A stretch of DNA of 64,000 nucleotides, taken from Actinomycetota bacterium. GTDB taxonomy: Bacteria > Actinomycetota > Actinomycetes > S36-B12 > UBA10799. Positions 19,961 to 30,171 of this stretch are shown here, piece after piece. The position numbers and the translations under genes were made by a program. The notes under the pieces are model-generated. The model was not told the origin of the DNA. It worked only from the letters and a program-made list of their open reading frames with translations, and made no database searches. The stretch covers positions 182,437 to 246,436 of the forward strand of contig JACJWR010000004.1 in the NCBI GenBank assembly GCA_020637055.1. Reading direction: 5' to 3'. Numbering within the stretch: the stretch's first letter is position 1; each line of letters starts with the position of its first letter.

Positions 19961-21021
19961 CCGGCGCGCACGTCTGGCGGGGTGTGATCGAGGAATACCG
20001 AGAGCGGTTGCCGGTGACCTCTGCAACGCCGGTGGTGACGCTGCGGGAAGGCGGGACCCCGCTGGTGGCGGCCCAGGAGGTGTCGGCCCTCACCGGGTGC
20101 GAGGTCTACCTCAAAGTTGAGGGGGTCAATCCGACCGGATCGTTCAAGGACCGTGGCATGACCATGGCGATCTCCAAGGCGGCCGAGTCCGGTTCCAAGG
20201 CGGTGATCTGCGCCTCCACCGGCAACACCTCGGCGAGTGCGGCCGCCTATGCGGTGCGGGCCGGCATGGTCTGCGCGGTGTTGGTCCCAGCGGGCAAGAT
20301 CGCCATGGGCAAATTGGCCCAGGCGCTGGTCCACGGGGCGGTGCTGCTGCAGGTCGACGGCAATTTCGACGACTGCCTGGTGTTGGCTCGCGACCTTTCC
20401 GAGCACTATCCGGTGTCGTTGGTCAATTCCGTGAACCCGGTACGGATCGAAGGTCAGAAGACCGCCAGTTTCGAGATCGTCGACCAACTCGGGGATGCCC
20501 CCGACATCCACTGCCTGCCGGTGGGGAACGCGGGCAACATCACCGCGTACTGGAAGGGCTACGTGGAGTACGCCCGTGATGGCGAGGCTCGTCAGCGACC
20601 GCGGATGTGGGGCTTCCAGGCCGCCGGGGCGGCGCCGATCGTGCGCGGCGAACCGGTGGCCAAACCGCAGACCATCGCCACGGCGATTCGGATCGGCAAG
20701 CCCGCCTCCTGGCGGCAGGCCGAAGAGGCGCGTGACACCTCGGGTGGCCTGATCGACATGGTCACCGACCGTGACATCCTGGCGGCATACCACCTGTTGG
20801 CGGCCAAGGAGGGCGTCTTCGTCGAGCCGGCGTCGGCAGCCTCCGTGGCAGGCCTGCTCAAGAGCCACGAGGCCGGACTGCTCGATCCGGGTCAACGGAT
20901 CGTCTGCACCGTGACCGGCAACGGCCTCAAAGACCCGGAATGGGCATTGGCCTCGGCGCCGGCGCCCACCAAAATCGACGCCGACGTCGACGTGGCCGCC
21001 TTGGCATTGGGCCTGCGGTGA
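19957..21021 (+). CDS. thrC: threonine synthase
   Basis: 354 aa with the PLP-Lys motif [10 protein letters not shown]. It overlaps the hom stop. Confidence 0.95.
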   Translation: MTGAHVWRGVIEEYRERLPVTSATPVVTLREGGTPLVAAQEVSALTGCEVYLKVEGVNPTGSFKDRGMTMAISKAAESGSKAVICASTGNTSASAAAYAVRAGMVCAVLVPAGKIAMGKLAQALVHGAVLLQVDGNFDDCLVLARDLSEHYPVSLVNSVNPVRIEGQKTASFEIVDQLGDAPDIHCLPVGNAGNITAYWKGYVEYARDGEARQRPRMWGFQAAGAAPIVRGEPVAKPQTIATAIRIGKPASWRQAEEARDTSGGLIDMVTDRDILAAYHLLAAKEGVFVEPASAASVAGLLKSHEAGLLDPGQRIVCTVTGNGLKDPEWALASAPAPTKIDADVDVAALALGLR

Positions 21022-21965
21022 CCGAATCCGACTCGGTGGTCCGGATCCGGGTCGAGGTGCCAGCGACCTCGGCGAACCTCGGGCCCGGTTTCGATTGCCT
21101 GGGCCTGGCGCTGGAACTCCGGGACGAGTACACCGTCGATGTCCGCCTCGGCGTATCGGCCGAGGCCACACCTGCGGTTGACGTGACCATCGAGGGTGAA
21201 GGCGCGGACGGTTCGGTGCCGGTCGATGCCGACAACCTCGTCGCCTCGGCGCTGCTCGCAGGCCTGCGAGCCTGGACGGGGCCACAACTGCAGGAACTGA
21301 AGCTGCGCTGCAGCAATCGGATTCCGCATGGTCGCGGCTTGGGATCGTCCTCGGCTGCCATCGTCGGAGGGCTTGCCCTCGCCCGCGAGTTGTGCCCGGC
21401 CGAGGTCGCCGACGACGACGTGCTGGCGCTGGCCACCACATTGGAGGGCCACCCGGACAACGTCGCCCCCGCCGTGCTCGGTGGATTCACCGTGAGCTGG
21501 ACCTCCGCGGATGGTGCCGGAACCGGTCGCGCCGCCAGGTTGACGCCAACGGAGGCGTTGGCTCCGGTGCTGGCGATCCCGCCGACCACGCTGTCCACCG
21601 CCCGGGCGCGGGGTTTGGTTCCGGCGCAGGTGGCCACCGGCGACGCGGTCTTCAACCTCTCGCGGTCGGCTCTGCTGGTGGCCGCACTCACCACCCGGCC
21701 GGACTTGATCTTCACTGCGACCGAAGACCGACTCCACCAGCAACAGCGGGCGCAGGCCTACCCCGGGAGCCATGCCCTGATGTCGATCCTTCGGATGGAC
21801 GGCTACGCCGCCACCATCTCCGGGGCCGGTCCCACCGTGCTGGTTCTGGTCGACGCGGCCGGGGTCGAAGACGCGGTGCGCGAAATCGCCGAATACACCG
21901 GGCCGACCTGGGAGGTCACGGCGTTGCCCTTCGCCGGGCAGGGAGTGCGGGCCGAACGGTTCTGA
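21018..21965 (+). CDS. thrB: homoserine kinase
   Basis: GHMP kinase ([26 protein letters not shown]). I chose GTG 21018, which overlaps the thrC stop (GTGA); the track ORF start at 20940 lies inside thrC. Confidence 0.9.
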   Translation: MTESDSVVRIRVEVPATSANLGPGFDCLGLALELRDEYTVDVRLGVSAEATPAVDVTIEGEGADGSVPVDADNLVASALLAGLRAWTGPQLQELKLRCSNRIPHGRGLGSSSAAIVGGLALARELCPAEVADDDVLALATTLEGHPDNVAPAVLGGFTVSWTSADGAGTGRAARLTPTEALAPVLAIPPTTLSTARARGLVPAQVATGDAVFNLSRSALLVAALTTRPDLIFTATEDRLHQQQRAQAYPGSHALMSILRMDGYAATISGAGPTVLVLVDAAGVEDAVREIAEYTGPTWEVTALPFAGQGVRAERF

Positions 21966-22160
21966 GGATCGGTGGCAACACGCACCCTCCGGGCCGGTGT
22001 TAGCCCATCGAGCCTGGCGGTGGTACTGTCGAGGCGGTCGAACGGTCAGTTTCCGACCGGGTATCAGGGCCTCGCTTCACTCATGAAGACTCGCGGGCTA
22101 ATTCGTTTCTCGTGTTGTCACCTTGCGATGGTCGACCCTCTCAATACGTCCTGAAAGGAC

Positions 22161-23936
22161 ATGGCAATAACAGTGACTGACACCACTATCGTCGAAGAAA
22201 CCTCGACGCGTCCGTCGGGCCTGGCGGCGATGCTGCTGCCCGACTTGAAGAAGCTAGCGAGCCAACTCGGCATCAGCGGGGTGAGCGGAATGCGCAAGGC
22301 GGACTTGATTTCAGCCATCAGCTCCCAGCAGTCCGGTGGCGGATCCAACGGCGGTCGCCGGGGGAAATCCGAGACCGCGGAGCGGCCGGAGTCGCGCGAG
22401 GCGACCGGTGAGGCAGCCCGGGACACGGCATCGAACAACGGCGAAACCCCCGAACCGGGCCGGAAGCCCGCAGCTGAGGCGGGAAACGGGACCGGCGGGG
22501 AAGTCAAGAGTGAACAGCCGCAGTCCGGTGACCAGCAGCGGCGCCAGCAGAACCAGCGCGACCAGCAGAACCAGCGTGATCAGCAGGGCCAGCGGGATCA
22601 GCAGGGCCAGCGGGATCAGCAGAATTCCGGCGATCAGCAGCAACGTCGCAACAGCGGTGGCGGCAACGACGAGGAGCGCGGCGGCCGTAGCCGCAACCGG
22701 CGCCGGCGCGGCCGGGACCGCAACCGCAACGACAATCGAGGCAATCGCTCCCGCGACCTCGACGCCGAGCCAGAGGTGAGCGAGGACGACGTCCTGGTTC
22801 CGATCTCCGGTGTGCTCGACGTGCTCGACAACTACGCCTTCGTGCGGACCAGCGGCTACCTGCCGGGTCCGAACGATGTCTATGTGTCGTTGTCCATGGT
22901 GCGTCGGCAGGGATTGCGCAAGGGCGACATCATCGTCGGGGCGATCAAGCAGGTTCGGGAAGGCGAGCAACGTCAGAAGTTCAACCCCCTGGTGCGCATC
23001 GACCAGGTCAACGGCCTCGAGCCGAGCCAGGCGCGCAACCGGGTCGAGTTCTCGAAACTCACCCCGCTGTACCCCCAGGAACGGCTGCGACTGGAGAACG
23101 ATCCCGGCAACCTCACGACCAGGGTGATCGACCTGGTCGCTCCCATCGGCAAGGGCCAACGCGGTCTGATCGTCTCCCCGCCCAAGGCGGGCAAGACGAT
23201 GGTGCTCCAGCGAATCGCCAACGCCATCACCGAGAACAACCCCGAATGCCACCTGATGGTGGTGCTGGTCGACGAACGACCGGAAGAAGTCACCGACATG
23301 CAACGGTCGGTGAAGGGCGAGGTCATCGCCTCGACGTTCGACCGGCCCGCGGAGGACCACACCACGGTCGCCGAACTGGCCATCGAGCGTGCCAAGCGAC
23401 TGGTGGAGATGGGCATGGACGTGGTGGTCCTGCTCGACTCCATGACCAGGCTGGGTCGGGCCTACAACCTGGCGGCGCCGGCTTCGGGACGGATCCTCTC
23501 CGGTGGAGTGGATTCGGCGGCCCTCTACCCGCCGAAGAAGTTCTTCGGTGCCGCCCGGAACATCGAGAACGGTGGCTCGTTGACCATCCTCGCCACGGCC
23601 CTGGTCGAAACCGGTTCCCGGATGGACGAGGTGATCTTCGAGGAGTTCAAGGGCACCGGCAACATGGAACTCAAGTTGGATCGGCGACTTGCGGACAAGC
23701 GGATCTTCCCCGCGGTCGACGTCGATGCCTCCGGCACCCGCAAGGAGGAGCTGCTGCTCGCTCCGGAGGAACTGAAGATCGTCTGGAAGTTGCGTCGGGT
23801 ACTGCACGCGCTGGACGCCTACCAGGCGATCGAGTTGCTGCTGGGCAAACTGCGGAACACCAAGACCAATTATGAGTTCCTCATGCAGGTGGCCAAGACC
23901 ACGCCGGGTTCGGACGACGTCCCCGGCGACGGCTGA
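22161..23936 (+). CDS. rho: transcription termination factor Rho with a long R/Q/N/D/G-rich insertion in the N-terminal domain
   Basis: 591 aa. It has a Rho_N helix bundle ([26 protein letters not shown]), an insertion of about 150 aa, a cold-shock-like RNA-binding domain, a P-loop (PPKAGKT) and the RecA-type ATPase core. Confidence 0.96.
   Translation: MAITVTDTTIVEETSTRPSGLAAMLLPDLKKLASQLGISGVSGMRKADLISAISSQQSGGGSNGGRRGKSETAERPESREATGEAARDTASNNGETPEPGRKPAAEAGNGTGGEVKSEQPQSGDQQRRQQNQRDQQNQRDQQGQRDQQGQRDQQNSGDQQQRRNSGGGNDEERGGRSRNRRRRGRDRNRNDNRGNRSRDLDAEPEVSEDDVLVPISGVLDVLDNYAFVRTSGYLPGPNDVYVSLSMVRRQGLRKGDIIVGAIKQVREGEQRQKFNPLVRIDQVNGLEPSQARNRVEFSKLTPLYPQERLRLENDPGNLTTRVIDLVAPIGKGQRGLIVSPPKAGKTMVLQRIANAITENNPECHLMVVLVDERPEEVTDMQRSVKGEVIASTFDRPAEDHTTVAELAIERAKRLVEMGMDVVVLLDSMTRLGRAYNLAAPASGRILSGGVDSAALYPPKKFFGAARNIENGGSLTILATALVETGSRMDEVIFEEFKGTGNMELKLDRRLADKRIFPAVDVDASGTRKEELLLAPEELKIVWKLRRVLHALDAYQAIELLLGKLRNTKTNYEFLMQVAKTTPGSDDVPGDG
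22545..22652 (+). repeat. six tandem 18-nt (6-codon) units inside rho (QQNQRD / QQGQRD ...)
   Basis: The units are cagcagaaccagcgcgac | cagcagaaccagcgtgat | cagcagggccagcgggat | cagcagggccagcgggat | cagcagaattccggcgat | cagcagcaacgtcgcaac. Units 3 and 4 are identical. Confidence 0.9.
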
Positions 23937-24029
23937 CCGATCGCCGACCTGCGATACTGAACCTCCGGCCATGCGGTTCACGCCATCCGGGCGACCCGTA
24001 TTGCCGACGATTCGAGGAGAAAACCCGCC

Positions 24030-24248
24030 ATGAAGCCCGATATTCATCCCCAGTACGGCGAAACCACCGTCACCTGCAGTTGCGGCAACACCTTCGTCAC
24101 CCGCAGCACAGCCAAGAACGGTGTGATCCACGCCGAAGTGTGCAGTGAATGCCACCCCTTCTACACCGGCAAGCAGAAGATCCTCGACTCCGGTGGTCGG
24201 GTGGCACGCTTCGAGAAGCGCTTCGGCAAGAAGTCGGCGTCGAAGTAG
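24030..24248 (+). CDS. rpmE: 50S ribosomal protein L31 (Zn-ribbon type A)
   Basis: 72 aa starting MKPDIHPQY, with the Cys pairs CSCGN and [10 protein letters not shown]. Confidence 0.96.
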   Translation: MKPDIHPQYGETTVTCSCGNTFVTRSTAKNGVIHAEVCSECHPFYTGKQKILDSGGRVARFEKRFGKKSASK

Positions 24249-25319
24249 GTGTTCGAGCGCTGCGACGAGTTGGCCGCGGAGTACGACCAACTCGAGCATC
24301 GCCTCTCCGATCCGGCGCTGCACGCCGACCAGGTGGAGGCCCGTCGGGTCGGCAAACGCCACGCGATGCTGCGTCCGACGGTGGAGACCTACCGCCGCTG
24401 GCTGCAATTGGGTGAGGATCTCGGCGCTGCGGAAGAACTGGCCCAACTCGACGACTCGTTCGCGGCCGAGGCGCGCGCCTTGACCGACGAGCGGGATCAG
24501 GTGGCCGAGCAGTTGGCCGCCCTGTTGGTGCCGCGGGACCCACTCGACGATTCCGACGTGATCCTTGAGATCAAGGCCGGTGAGGGCGGGGAGGAGTCGG
24601 CCCTCTTCGCCGCCGACCTCGCCCGGATGTACCAGCGCTATGCCGAGACCCGCGGTTGGCGGGTGGAGGTTCTCGATGCGGTCGAGAGCGACCTCGGCGG
24701 GTACAAGGATCTCGCGCTCGCAGTGAAATCGGCCGGACTGCCGCAGCCGGGGACGGCCCCGTTCGCGCGGCTGAAATTCGAAGGCGGCGTCCACCGCGTG
24801 CAGCGCGTTCCGGTCACCGAGTCCCAGGGCCGGATCCACACGTCGGCAGCCGGAGTGCTGGTGTTCCCGGAAACGGAAGACGTTGAGGTGGAGATCGATC
24901 CGGCCGACGTGCGGGTGGACGTCTTCCGCTCCTCCGGCCCGGGCGGGCAGAGCGTCAACACCACCGATTCGGCGGTGCGGCTCACCCACCTGCCGACCGG
25001 CATCGTGGTGAGTTGCCAGAACCAGAAGTCGCAACTGCAGAACAAAGAGCAGGCGATGCGGATCCTGCGGGCTCGGCTGGTGGCCGCAGCCGAGGAGAAA
25101 GCGGCCGAGGAGGCCTCCGCGATGCGGAAGTCCCAAGTGCGTACGGTCGATCGCTCGGAACGAATCCGCACCTACAACTTCCCGGAGAACCGGATCGCCG
25201 ACCACAGAACCGGCTTCAAGGCCTACAACCTTGACGCTGTACTCGAAGGTGAACTGGACCCCGTCGTGCAGTCCTGTATCGACGCCGACCAAGCTGCCAG
25301 GCTGGCCGGCGCGGAATAG
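24249..25319 (+). CDS. prfA: peptide chain release factor 1
   Basis: 356 aa with the GGQ motif ([17 protein letters not shown]) and a PxT-type recognition loop region. The GTG start directly follows the rpmE TAG. Confidence 0.95.
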   Translation: MFERCDELAAEYDQLEHRLSDPALHADQVEARRVGKRHAMLRPTVETYRRWLQLGEDLGAAEELAQLDDSFAAEARALTDERDQVAEQLAALLVPRDPLDDSDVILEIKAGEGGEESALFAADLARMYQRYAETRGWRVEVLDAVESDLGGYKDLALAVKSAGLPQPGTAPFARLKFEGGVHRVQRVPVTESQGRIHTSAAGVLVFPETEDVEVEIDPADVRVDVFRSSGPGGQSVNTTDSAVRLTHLPTGIVVSCQNQKSQLQNKEQAMRILRARLVAAAEEKAAEEASAMRKSQVRTVDRSERIRTYNFPENRIADHRTGFKAYNLDAVLEGELDPVVQSCIDADQAARLAGAE

Positions 25320-26300
25320 GTGTCGGCGATGGGATCGTCGCCAGCGCTGCTGCGCCGCGAAGTTCGGCAGCGGTTGGCCGCAGCCGGTATCGAATCCGCC
25401 GATGCCGAATCAGCACTGATCGTTGCGCACGCCCTCGGCGTGGAGCCCGGCCGACTGCTGTTCGCGGCGGACCCGGACGACTCGCAGTTGGCGACCATCG
25501 CCGCCTACACCGACCGGCGCACGCGGCGGGAGCCGCTGCAGCACATCTTGGGTTGGGCAGGCTTCCGTCGCTTGACGCTCGACGTCGGACCCGGGGTGTT
25601 CGTCCCGCGACCGGAGACCGAAAAACTGGTCGACGAGTGCCTCGACTTCCTCGGCCACGCCGTGTTTGCCACTGGCGACGGCGCGGCGGATGGCCGTCCC
25701 CAAGCGCTCGCGGTGGACCTCTGTGCGGGCAGCGGTGCCATCGCACTAGCCCTGGCCGACGAACACCCCGGGTTGACGGTGTACGCGGTTGAACGTGAGG
25801 ACTCCGCCTTCGGGTGGCTGACCCGCAACATCGACGCGTTGTCGGCCGACCTGCACCAGCGCGGTTCGACGGTCACTCCGGTCCGTGCGGACGCCTGTGC
25901 AGCTCCGCTGCCGACACTGGACGGGACTGTCGACCTCGTCGCCACCAACCCGCCCTACATCCCCAGCGGGGCGGTTCCGCGCGATCGCGAGGTCGCCGAA
26001 TTCGATCCGCCGGCGGCCCTCTACGGCGGTCCGGATGGACTCGACCTGGTGAGATGCCTGGTCGTCAGCGCGGCCCGACTGCTTCGCGAGGGAGGCCTGC
26101 TGGCCATCGAGCACGGCGACGCCCAGGGGTCAGAAGCAGCCGACGGCGGCGTGCCCGGTGTGCTTGCGGCCGATGGTCGATTCACCGACATCCGCGACGT
26201 CTGTGACCTCAACGGCCGGCCCCGGGTGACGCTGGGACGGCGCAGCGCCGCGCGCGGGGACTACTCGGCGACCAGGTCGGCGCAGATCCCGCGCAGGTGA
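25320..26300 (+). CDS. prmC: release-factor glutamine N5-methyltransferase
   Basis: 326 aa with the SAM motif DLCAGSGAIALA and the catalytic NPPY (VATNPPYIP). The GTG start directly follows the prfA TAG. Confidence 0.9.
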   Translation: MSAMGSSPALLRREVRQRLAAAGIESADAESALIVAHALGVEPGRLLFAADPDDSQLATIAAYTDRRTRREPLQHILGWAGFRRLTLDVGPGVFVPRPETEKLVDECLDFLGHAVFATGDGAADGRPQALAVDLCAGSGAIALALADEHPGLTVYAVEREDSAFGWLTRNIDALSADLHQRGSTVTPVRADACAAPLPTLDGTVDLVATNPPYIPSGAVPRDREVAEFDPPAALYGGPDGLDLVRCLVVSAARLLREGGLLAIEHGDAQGSEAADGGVPGVLAADGRFTDIRDVCDLNGRPRVTLGRRSAARGDYSATRSAQIPRR

Positions 26301-26902
26301 TCCAGCGGGACCGATCCCGCTCGCAGCAGTTGCGGCGGCGTCGTGGTGACGTCGACCACGGCCGATGCCCGGTCGCCGTGCAGGGGACCCGCATCCAGGT
26401 AGACAGCGACCGCATCGCCGAGTTGGCGCTGAGCATCATCGCAGGTCAGCGGGACGGGCATGGCGGCGTAGTTCGCGCCGGTCGCGGCCAACGGGCCGGT
26501 CGCGGCCAGCAGCTCGAGGGCCAACGGGTGAAGTGGCATCCGCACCCCAACGGACTTCGAACCGTCCACATCCCAGGCCAGCGAGGGTTGTTGGGCGGCG
26601 ATCAGCGTCAGCGGACCGGGCCACAGCGCGGCGGCGAGATCCCGCGCGATCTGCGGCAACCCGTAGGTAAGCGCATCGACGACGTTGGGTGCCGCGATCA
26701 GCACCGGCAGCGCCGTATCGGCGGCCCGCCCCTTCGCCTCGCGCAACGCCGCCGTGGCGGAGGTCCGGAAGGCGTCGCAGGCCACTGCATAGGCCGAATC
26801 CGTCGGAAGCACGACCAGGGCCCCGCGCCGGATCGCGGACGTCGCTGCGGCGATTCCGGTGGCCCGATCCTGCCGATCCGCGCAGTCGTACCGCTGGCTC
26901 AT
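26261..26902 (-). CDS. tsaC: L-threonylcarbamoyladenylate synthase (YrdC/TsaC-type, single domain)
   Basis: YrdC fold motifs are present (VVLPTDSAYAVACDA, ALWPGPLTLI, VGVRMPLHPLALELL, ATGANYA). The start is ambiguous: ATG 26902, ATG 26911 or TTG 26944. The 3' end overlaps prmC by 40 nt in convergent orientation. Confidence 0.85.
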   Translation of the reverse strand: MSQRYDCADRQDRATGIAAATSAIRRGALVVLPTDSAYAVACDAFRTSATAALREAKGRAADTALPVLIAAPNVVDALTYGLPQIARDLAAALWPGPLTLIAAQQPSLAWDVDGSKSVGVRMPLHPLALELLAATGPLAATGANYAAMPVPLTCDDAQRQLGDAVAVYLDAGPLHGDRASAVVDVTTTPPQLLRAGSVPLDHLRGICADLVAE

Positions 26903-26924
26903 GACCGCCATTCTGGCCCCTGCG

Positions 26925-26930
26925 TAGACT
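26925..26930 (+). promoter_or_regulatory. candidate -10 hexamer (TAGACT) for a leaderless glyA transcript
   Basis: TAGACT fits the TANNNT pattern and ends 7 nt before the A of the glyA ATG (26938). There is no SD between them. Confidence 0.3.
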
Positions 26931-26937
26931 GAGCGCC

Positions 26938-28200
26938 ATGACAACCGTGCAGTTCTGGGGCCCCGATTTCTCCGCTTTGGCAGCTGAGGATCCGGAGATC
27001 GCCGACATCCTCCTCGCCGAACTCGATCGTGCCCGATCCGGGCTGCAACTGATCGCCAGCGAGAACTTCACTTCGCCGGCGGTGCTGGCGGCGTTGGGCT
27101 CGACACTGAGCAACAAATACGCCGAGGGCTACCCGGGCAAGCGCTACTACGGCGGCTGCGTGGAGGTGGACAAGGCAGAGGTGATCGGCATCGAGCGGGC
27201 CAAGGAACTGTTCGGCGCAGAGCACGCCAACCTTCAGCCGCACAGTGGTGCGAGCGCCAACCTCGCCGTCTACGGTGCCTTCCTCGCACCTGGCGACACG
27301 GTGCTGGCCATGAGCCTGCCGCACGGTGGCCACCTGACCCACGGGTCCAAGGTCAACTTCTCCGGCAAGTGGTTCGACGTCGTTTCGTACGGGGTGCGGG
27401 CCGACACCGAACTGATCGACTACGACGAGGTGCGCGACCTCGCCCGCACGCACCGGCCGAAGATGATCATCGCGGGTGCGACCGCCTACCCACGGTTGAT
27501 CGACTTCGCCGCGTTCCGCGAGATCGCCGACGAGGTCGGCGCGATTCTGATGGTCGATGCCGCCCACTTCATCGGACTCGTGGCCGGCAAGGCCATCCCG
27601 AGTCCAGTGCCCTACGCCGATGTGGTCAGCTTCACCACCCACAAGGTGCTCCGGGGGCCGCGCGGGGGGATGATCTTGAGCCGTGCCGAGCACGCGGCAA
27701 AGATCGACAAGGCCGTGTTCCCGATGATGCAGGGCGGACCGCTGATGCACGCCGTCGCCGCCAAGGCGGTGGCGCTGCGGGAGGCCGCCTCCGCCGGCTA
27801 CCAGGCCTACGCAAGTGCCGTCATCGAGAACGCGCAGGCACTCGCCGCGGCGCTGGAGGCTCGGGGGATGCGTGCCGTCAGCGGCGGCACCGACACTCAC
27901 CTGGCGCTGATCGACGTCCGCGGTTTGGACGTCACCGGGGCCGAAGCCGAGGAGCGATGTGACGCCGCCGGCATCACCCTCAACAAGAACGCGATCCCCT
28001 ACGACCCCCAGAAGCCGATGGTGGCCTCGGGCATCCGGGTCGGAACGCCCAGCGTCACCACCCAGGGCATGGCCGCTGCTGACATGGACCTCATCGGTGC
28101 GTTGATCGCCCAAGCCATCACCGAACCTGCGTCAGCCGGCGATATCGCCGGGCAGGTACAGGCCCTGGTCGCACGCCACCCTGCCTACGATCGGACCTAA
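26938..28200 (+). CDS. glyA: serine hydroxymethyltransferase
   Basis: 420 aa with the PLP-Lys motif [16 protein letters not shown] and the typical N-terminus LIASENFTS. Confidence 0.96.
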   Translation: MTTVQFWGPDFSALAAEDPEIADILLAELDRARSGLQLIASENFTSPAVLAALGSTLSNKYAEGYPGKRYYGGCVEVDKAEVIGIERAKELFGAEHANLQPHSGASANLAVYGAFLAPGDTVLAMSLPHGGHLTHGSKVNFSGKWFDVVSYGVRADTELIDYDEVRDLARTHRPKMIIAGATAYPRLIDFAAFREIADEVGAILMVDAAHFIGLVAGKAIPSPVPYADVVSFTTHKVLRGPRGGMILSRAEHAAKIDKAVFPMMQGGPLMHAVAAKAVALREAASAGYQAYASAVIENAQALAAALEARGMRAVSGGTDTHLALIDVRGLDVTGAEAEERCDAAGITLNKNAIPYDPQKPMVASGIRVGTPSVTTQGMAAADMDLIGALIAQAITEPASAGDIAGQVQALVARHPAYDRT

Positions 28201-28228
28201 CGGGCGCCTGCGGCGCTAACCTGTTCCG

Positions 28229-29341
28229 GTGCGTGAATACCTGCTGTGCCTGTTCGCAGCAGCTGCCGTGACGTACCTCACCATGCCGGTGGTCCGGCTG
28301 CTCGCCCTCAAGGCGGGCGCGATGGCAGAGGTGCGTGACCGCGACGTGCACTCGGTGCCGATCCCGAGATGGGGCGGCCTGGGGATGCTGCTCGGGTTCC
28401 TCGCCGCGTTCCTGCTCGCCAGCAAACTGCCGATGATGAGATCGGTCTTCGAATCGTCGGACACCCCGCGCGCGATCCTCACCGGGGTGTTCGTCATCGT
28501 CGTGCTGGGCATGATCGACGACAAGTGGGGCCTCGATCCACCCGTCAAACTGGCGGGTCAGGCGATGGCCGCGGGACTCATGGCCTGGCAGGGCGTGCAG
28601 ATCGTTTGGCTGCCCATCAACGGCACCCTGGTGTTGGATCCGCTCACGAGCACGGCTCTCACCACCCTGGTGATCATGATCACGATCAACGCGGTGAACT
28701 TCGTCGACGGCCTCGACGGCCTCGCCGGCGGAATCGTGGCGATCGCCGCCATGGCCTTCTTCGTCTATGCCTACCTCCTCAGTGTCGACTTCGGCTTCCA
28801 GCGAGCGACCTTGGCGACGCTGCTCACCGCCCTCCTCACCGGAATGTGTCTCGGTTTCTTGCCCCACAACATCCACCCGGCCCGCATCTTCATGGGGGAT
28901 ACGGGCTCCATGCTGATCGGGCTGCTGCTCGGCGCCGCGATGATCACCCTGGTGGGCCGGCTCGACCCCAGTGCGGTGCAAGGCGTGACGCTGTTTCCGG
29001 CGCTGCTGCCCATCGTGCTGCCACTGGCCGTCGTCGCGGTGCCGCTGATCGACGTGGTGCTCGCCGTGGGCCGGCGGGCGCGCGCGGGCCAGAGTCCTTT
29101 CACCGCCGACAAGGGGCACCTCCATCACCGACTGTTGGAGATGGGGCACTCCCAGCGGCGCGCCGTCAGCCTGATGTACGGCTGGACGGCGCTGGTCGCC
29201 TTCACCGGCGTATCGCTGGCCTTCATGAGCGTCGCTGTGTCTGCGACCCTGTTCATCATGGGCACCTTGGGCATGGTGTTGCTGGTGCGGCACACGCCGG
29301 AGTCAGAAGGCGCGCTCGGTGCGCCGGCACAGGCCGTGTAG
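28229..29341 (+). CDS. wecA: UDP-GlcNAc:undecaprenyl-phosphate GlcNAc-1-phosphate transferase (MraY/WecA glycosyltransferase 4 family)
   Basis: 370-aa polytopic protein with the motifs [28 protein letters not shown] and DKGHLHHRL. Confidence 0.85.
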   Translation: MREYLLCLFAAAAVTYLTMPVVRLLALKAGAMAEVRDRDVHSVPIPRWGGLGMLLGFLAAFLLASKLPMMRSVFESSDTPRAILTGVFVIVVLGMIDDKWGLDPPVKLAGQAMAAGLMAWQGVQIVWLPINGTLVLDPLTSTALTTLVIMITINAVNFVDGLDGLAGGIVAIAAMAFFVYAYLLSVDFGFQRATLATLLTALLTGMCLGFLPHNIHPARIFMGDTGSMLIGLLLGAAMITLVGRLDPSAVQGVTLFPALLPIVLPLAVVAVPLIDVVLAVGRRARAGQSPFTADKGHLHHRLLEMGHSQRRAVSLMYGWTALVAFTGVSLAFMSVAVSATLFIMGTLGMVLLVRHTPESEGALGAPAQAV

Positions 29342-29353
29342 TTTCGCAGTGCC

Positions 29354-29827
29354 ATGACAACGCCCACACCACCGCCGGATGACCCGCAGTCCGCTGCCGC
29401 GGCCCGGCGCGCCTCCGACGTTGCCCTGCTCGTGCGTACCCCCACCGTCATCACGATCATCGTCGGCATCGTGGCGACCGTCATCGGTGGGCTCGCCGAA
29501 GGTGGCAAGGGGGTGTTGGCAGGCGCACTGGGCACGATCGTGGTGGTGCTGTTCTTCGCCGGCGGCCAACTCGTCGTCGGCCGCGTCTTGCGCACCAACC
29601 CGGCCTTGGCCATGAACGCCGCGTTGCTGGTGTACGTGGTGCAGATCGGAGTGCTCTTCGCCCTGCTCGCGCTACTCCGCAACGCCACCTTCTTCGCTCC
29701 CAAAGTGTTCGCCTTCACCGTCCTGGCCTGCGCTTTGACCTGGATCCTCGGAGCTGTGATCGGCTTCTCCCGCAGCCGCCCGCTCTACGTCGAGCCGGGG
29801 TCCGGGCCACCCGCAGCGGGCGGGTAG
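29354..29827 (+). CDS. conserved small membrane protein preceding the atp operon
   Basis: 157 aa with 4 predicted TM helices. Its position is equivalent to the hypothetical membrane gene between rfe and atpB in other actinobacteria. Confidence 0.5.
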   Translation: MTTPTPPPDDPQSAAAARRASDVALLVRTPTVITIIVGIVATVIGGLAEGGKGVLAGALGTIVVVLFFAGGQLVVGRVLRTNPALAMNAALLVYVVQIGVLFALLALLRNATFFAPKVFAFTVLACALTWILGAVIGFSRSRPLYVEPGSGPPAAGG

Positions 29828-29898
29828 TGAAAGCACCGTGGGACTCGCCCAAGCCTGCGTGCATCGACTTGACACTGTGCTGATAAGTTCATGACGCG

Positions 29899-30171
29899 AT
29901 GGCAACCTCGGCAGACCGGAACGGACAAGATCGGTCGACCGCCGATGCCGCTTGGATGATCATGAGCCACCTGATGGCGGGCATCGTCCTCTACGGCGGG
30001 ATCGGGTGGTTGCTGAGTCTGTGGCTCGGTCACAGGTCGGCACTGATTGCCATCGGAGTGGTCGTAGGCGTGGTGTTGAGCACGATTCTTGTCCACACCC
30101 GGATCTCACACGCTGACCGCGTGACTGAGGCGAACAGCAAGAGTCGATTCACGAACGGAGGCCGGCCTTGA
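29899..30171 (+). CDS. AtpI/AtpZ-like ATP synthase accessory membrane protein
   Basis: 90 aa with 2 TM helices (MSHLMAGIVLYGGIGWLL..., IAIGVVVGVVLS). The stop overlaps the atpB TTG start. Confidence 0.6.
   Translation: MATSADRNGQDRSTADAAWMIMSHLMAGIVLYGGIGWLLSLWLGHRSALIAIGVVVGVVLSTILVHTRISHADRVTEANSKSRFTNGGRP

Noticed and set aside
22545-22652. Tandem repeats considered as a possible CRISPR-like or minisatellite element
   Set aside because: The units are contiguous with no spacers, have an 18-nt period, and are in frame within rho. This is a coding low-complexity repeat, not a CRISPR array.
22311-25292. 993-aa minus-strand ORF spanning rho, rpmE and prfA
   Set aside because: It is antisense to three unmistakable genes. 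Its composition is Arg/Gly/Pro/Val-rich junk typical of shadow frames in high-GC DNA, and it has no motifs.
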